This document shows, piece by piece, positions 60,273 through 64,000 of a stretch of DNA of 64,000 bases (the stretch's first letter is position 1; each line of letters begins with the position of its first letter). Source of the DNA: Candidatus Parcubacteria bacterium (lineage in GTDB: Bacteria > Patescibacteriota > Patescibacteriia > UBA1558 > GWA2-36-10). The stretch lies in the NCBI GenBank assembly GCA_018669975.1, contig JABHSK010000009.1, positions 51,127 through 115,126 of the forward strand, written 5' to 3'. The position numbers and the translations under genes are program-made. The notes under the pieces were generated by a model. It was not told where the DNA came from. It ran no database searches and saw only the letters and a list, made by a program, of their open reading frames with translations.

Positions 60273-63200
60273 TTACTCGTTGGACTCTTCAGCGTCCCCT
60301 TTGTCAGAATCGCTGGTTATAATTGGTGCTTCTTTCTTGAGAACGTCTTCTATTTTTTTATCAACGTGTTCAATTTTTCTTTCTCTTTCACCAATCAATT
60401 CAACTTCCAGGCCTAGACCTTTTAACTCTCTAACTAGGACGTTAAATGATTCTGGTATATTTAACCTATTAATTGACTCACCTTTAATAATGGCTTCGTA
60501 AGCCTTAGAACGACCTGGTACATCATCAGATTTAATAGTGATCATCTCTTGCAGAGTGCTAGCTGCGCCATAGGCTTCCAATGCCCAAACTTCCATCTCA
60601 CCAAATCTCTGTCCACCAAATTGAGCTTTACCACCCAAAGGTTGTTGAGTAACCAAGGAATAAGGACCAATAGAACGTTGATGTATTTTATCTTCAACCA
60701 AATGATTCAATTTCAACATATAGGCTACACCAACGGTAGTCTTGTTATCAAATGGTTTACCAGCACGACCATCATACAATTGTAGTTTTCCATCTTCTGG
60801 CCAGCCAGCTTTCTTGAGTTCCTTACGGATGGTTTCTTCTGACACACCATTTAGGGCTGGACTAGCAACTTTATAATCCAATGTTCTGGCAGCTAGACCT
60901 AAATGAGTTTCCAATAATTGCCCTAGGTTCATACGAGAAATAACACCTAGAGGATTCAAGATAATATCTACTGGTGTACCGTCGGCTAAGAATGGCATGT
61001 CAGCCTCTGGAACAACTCGGGAAATAACACCTTTATTTCCATGACGTCCGGCCATCTTATCGCCAACTTGTATTTTTCTCAATTGGGCTATAGTAATTTG
61101 AATTGTCTTAATGACACCGGCTGGTAGCTTATCACCCTTATCGCGAGAAAATACTTTAATATCAATAACCCTACCTCTTTCACCGTGTTTTAAATACAGG
61201 GAAGTGTCTCTAACATCTTTAGCTTTTTCACCAAAGATAGCTCTAAGCAGTTTTTCTTCAGCAGATAATTCAGTCTCACCCTTTGGTGTAATCTTACCGA
61301 CTAAAATGTCTCCAGAGGAAACATTAGCTCCAATTCTAACTACACCCTCTCTATCTAAATCTTTTAATTTTTCTTCACTGACATTTGGTATGTCTCTAGT
61401 GATTACTTCTGGCCCCAGTTTAGTATCACGAACATCAATAGAATAATCTTCGATACTAACTGAAGTATAATTATCATTCTTTACAACTCGCTCGGAAACC
61501 AAGATGGCATCTTCATAATTACCACCATCCCAAGTCATATAAGCTACCAACATGTTTTGACCAAGCGCTAGCTCTCCTTGATCGGTAGCAGCACCATCAG
61601 CCAATACATCACCCTTTTTTACTTTTTGTCCCTTATCAACTATTGGGTGCTGGTTCATACTAGTAGAGGTATTTGAACGAGCAAACTTATTTAAATTATA
61701 AGTTGTAGTAACTTTATCTTTGTTGGTTACCTCAATAACCCGACTGTCTACTCTAGTAATCTCGCCAGCCTCCTTAACTATTAAAGCTTGACCAGAGTCA
61801 ATGGCAGCCTTGGCTTCTACGCCAGTGCCCACAATAGGCGCCTGTGGCCTAATCAGAGAAACTGCTTGTCGTTGCATGTTTGTTCCCATCAACGCTCGAA
61901 CAGCATCATCGTGTTCCAAAAATGGAATAAGTGATGTGGCAATACTGATAATCTGATTTGGTGCGACGTCTAACAAATCAATATTTTCTACCTTTTCATA
62001 GGTAGGCTCACCCTTAATTCTAATTTCAGCATAACTATTTATGAAGTGACCATTTTCATCAATCTTAGTAGTAGCAGGAGAGGTATTATACCTTTCTTCT
62101 TCAAAGGCATCCATATAAACAATCTCATTGGTTACCACTGGTTTAATGGGCACTGTTTCTATTTTTTTATTCTTAGCAATCTCCTTGGCCAAGGTAGCAG
62201 TGATAGTGTCTCCGGCAACTACAATAATCTTGCCGCTGGCATCCTTGATATCCTCTCTAGCAATTTTATCAGTAGTTATTTTTACTTCGTTCTCTACATC
62301 GTGTAATACCTTTTTAAATGGAGTCTCAATAAAACCAAAATCGTTAACTTTGGCATAAGCGGCCAAGTGTCCAACTAGACCAATATTTGGACCCTCTGGA
62401 GTAGCAATCGGACAAATTCTACCGTAATGAGTACGATGTACATCACGAACCTCAAAACCAGCTCTTTCGCGAGATAGACCACCAGGACCCATGGCTGACA
62501 AACGACGTTTGTGTTCTAATTCAGCCAAAGGATTAACCTGGTCCATGAATTGTGATAATTGAGAACTCATGAAGAATTCTTTAATCACACCAATAACCGG
62601 CCTAGAATTAATCAACTGATTTGGATTTAAGGCATTAATATCCAATGTGCTCATCCTGTCCTTGATAATTCTTTCCATACGAGCCAAACCAATGCGGAAT
62701 CTATTTTGGACCAACTCACCAATAGCTCTAACTCTTCTGTTTCCTAGGTGATCAATATCGTCAGCGTTGTCCTGTGTTAGGTTGAGTTTAATAATTTCTT
62801 TAATAACTAAAATCAAATCCTCTTTTCTAAGGATTCTTGTTTTTTTGTTATTTGGCAGATCCAAACTAAAACGAGCGTTTATTTTATATCTACCAACTCT
62901 ACCAAAATCATATCGATCAAAATCGAAAAACATGGAGTGGATTAAACTACGAGCATTATCAGTGGTGGCCAAGTCTCCTGGTCTAATACGACGATAAACC
63001 TCTTTAAGTCCTTCTGCTTCATTTTTAGAAGTATCTTTCTCTAAGGTATTTTTTATAAAACTAACCTCAGGATGTGTATCTACATCCTTAAATAGTCCCA
63101 TTATTTCTTCATCTGTAAAATAACCAAAAGCTCTAAGTAAGGCTGTAATAGGTAGCTTTCTCTTTCGGTCTATTTTTACATATATAATATTATTGAGGTC

Positions 63201-63710
63201 TGTTTCTATTTCTAACCAAGCACCACGATTTGGAATAATCTTAGCACCATAGTGTTTTCTACCACGTAGAATTTCTGAAGTAAAAAATACACCAGCACTA
63301 CGAATCAACTGAGAAACAACCACTCTCTCTACTCCATTGATAATAAAAGTACCGCGATCAGTCATTAGTGGAAAATCCCCTAGGTACACCTCTTGCTCTT
63401 TTACCTCGTTACTCCTCTTGTTTACCAAGCGGACATTTACTCTGAGTGGAGCCTCATAGGTAACGTTTTTATTTTTGGCAGTAACCTCATCAAACTTTGG
63501 TTCATCCAAATAATAATCTAGAAAATAAAGTTCTAGATCACGACCAATAAAATCTTTAATTGGGGAGATTTCGTCAAAAAGTTCCTTTAGACCTTCGGAA
63601 AAAAACCAATCATTGGATTTTTTCTGCACTTCAATTAAGTCGGTCAAAGGAATAGCCTCTCGTAACGTGGTGAAATACTTACGAGATACGGAAGTTTTTA
63701 CTTGGGGCAT
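60273..63710 (-). CDS. rpoB: RNA polymerase beta subunit
   Basis: QLSQFMDQ, GDKMAGRHGNKG, GGQRFGEMEVW. Confidence 0.99.
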   Translation of the reverse strand: MPQVKTSVSRKYFTTLREAIPLTDLIEVQKKSNDWFFSEGLKELFDEISPIKDFIGRDLELYFLDYYLDEPKFDEVTAKNKNVTYEAPLRVNVRLVNKRSNEVKEQEVYLGDFPLMTDRGTFIINGVERVVVSQLIRSAGVFFTSEILRGRKHYGAKIIPNRGAWLEIETDLNNIIYVKIDRKRKLPITALLRAFGYFTDEEIMGLFKDVDTHPEVSFIKNTLEKDTSKNEAEGLKEVYRRIRPGDLATTDNARSLIHSMFFDFDRYDFGRVGRYKINARFSLDLPNNKKTRILRKEDLILVIKEIIKLNLTQDNADDIDHLGNRRVRAIGELVQNRFRIGLARMERIIKDRMSTLDINALNPNQLINSRPVIGVIKEFFMSSQLSQFMDQVNPLAELEHKRRLSAMGPGGLSRERAGFEVRDVHRTHYGRICPIATPEGPNIGLVGHLAAYAKVNDFGFIETPFKKVLHDVENEVKITTDKIAREDIKDASGKIIVVAGDTITATLAKEIAKNKKIETVPIKPVVTNEIVYMDAFEEERYNTSPATTKIDENGHFINSYAEIRIKGEPTYEKVENIDLLDVAPNQIISIATSLIPFLEHDDAVRALMGTNMQRQAVSLIRPQAPIVGTGVEAKAAIDSGQALIVKEAGEITRVDSRVIEVTNKDKVTTTYNLNKFARSNTSTSMNQHPIVDKGQKVKKGDVLADGAATDQGELALGQNMLVAYMTWDGGNYEDAILVSERVVKNDNYTSVSIEDYSIDVRDTKLGPEVITRDIPNVSEEKLKDLDREGVVRIGANVSSGDILVGKITPKGETELSAEEKLLRAIFGEKAKDVRDTSLYLKHGERGRVIDIKVFSRDKGDKLPAGVIKTIQITIAQLRKIQVGDKMAGRHGNKGVISRVVPEADMPFLADGTPVDIILNPLGVISRMNLGQLLETHLGLAARTLDYKVASPALNGVSEETIRKELKKAGWPEDGKLQLYDGRAGKPFDNKTTVGVAYMLKLNHLVEDKIHQRSIGPYSLVTQQPLGGKAQFGGQRFGEMEVWALEAYGAASTLQEMITIKSDDVPGRSKAYEAIIKGESINRLNIPESFNVLVRELKGLGLEVELIGERERKIEHVDKKIEDVLKKEAPIITSDSDKGDAEESNE

Positions 63711-63792
63711 AGCAATTTTGCTAATTATTTAAATTAGCCGCTAAGTGCGGACTTGATTATATCAAACAAATATAAAATTAAAATAAGGGCGC

Positions 63793-63909
63793 AAAAAAAT
63801 AAACTCACCCAGTCTTAGGGTCAGTTCTCAGTTCTTTTTATAGGTTAAAATAGGTCGCTCGGCAAAATTTGCATGACTAAATGCTACCAAAATTTTAGTC
63901 CTTTGTCAA
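63793..63909 (-). promoter_or_regulatory. rpoBC promoter and structured leader (mini-ORF plus hairpin/U tract)
   Basis: TTGACA(63909-63904)-17-TAGCAT(63886-63881) with TG extension. ATG at 63874. Hairpin 63826-63802 followed by a T tract. Confidence 0.6.
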
Positions 63910-64000
63910 GGACTTTGACGCTTTTTAGAAAATTCTTGTTAAAAAATTACTATTTTTGTCTAATATTAGCCAAATTTATGCTATATACATTTTAAAAAAA

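Noticed and set aside
52199-63710. Inteins/introns in recA, rpoB or rpoC, and rifampicin-resistance substitutions
   Set aside because: The ORFs are continuous and of ordinary length. RpoB cluster I keeps the Q, D, H and S residues (QFMDQ...HKRRLSA).

Overview
AT-rich bacterial chromosome segment using genetic code 11 (TGA serves as a stop). Gene content points to a Patescibacteria/CPR genome, probably Parcubacteria/ABY1-like (inference): an array of VirB2/TrbC-like pilins, a CarS-like protein, many orphan polytopic membrane proteins and a PBP1a with Ig-like domains. Housekeeping genes: glmS, nusA, hppA, tig, rarA, polA, holA, rpsT, truB, PBP1a, ruvC, yebC, galU, recA, ftsK, rpoC, rpoB and four tRNAs (Glu, Cys, Leu, Gly). 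No CRISPR array, transposase, integrase, reverse transcriptase or intron was seen. Most interesting: (1) a glycogen-type cluster with two GlgA, a GH57, an APH-fold kinase, a divergent NMP-kinase-like protein and a GalT-like transferase but no glgC/glgB in the window, suggesting an alternative nucleotide-sugar route; (2) a 9-gene operon that starts with a CDP-alcohol phosphotransferase and a CarS-like protein and continues with glycosyl- and methyltransferases; (3) a flippase/O-ligase/galU/orphan SBP/4-pilin locus with a perfect 29-bp repeat shared by two pilin genes; (4) a recurring leaderless promoter layout, including two leaderless mini-ORFs (one in the rpoB leader); (5) a candidate ~90-nt sRNA; (6) a nusA leader attenuator; (7) a high-GC, self-contained lipoprotein cassette. 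All functional calls come from reading motifs by eye; no database searches were run.
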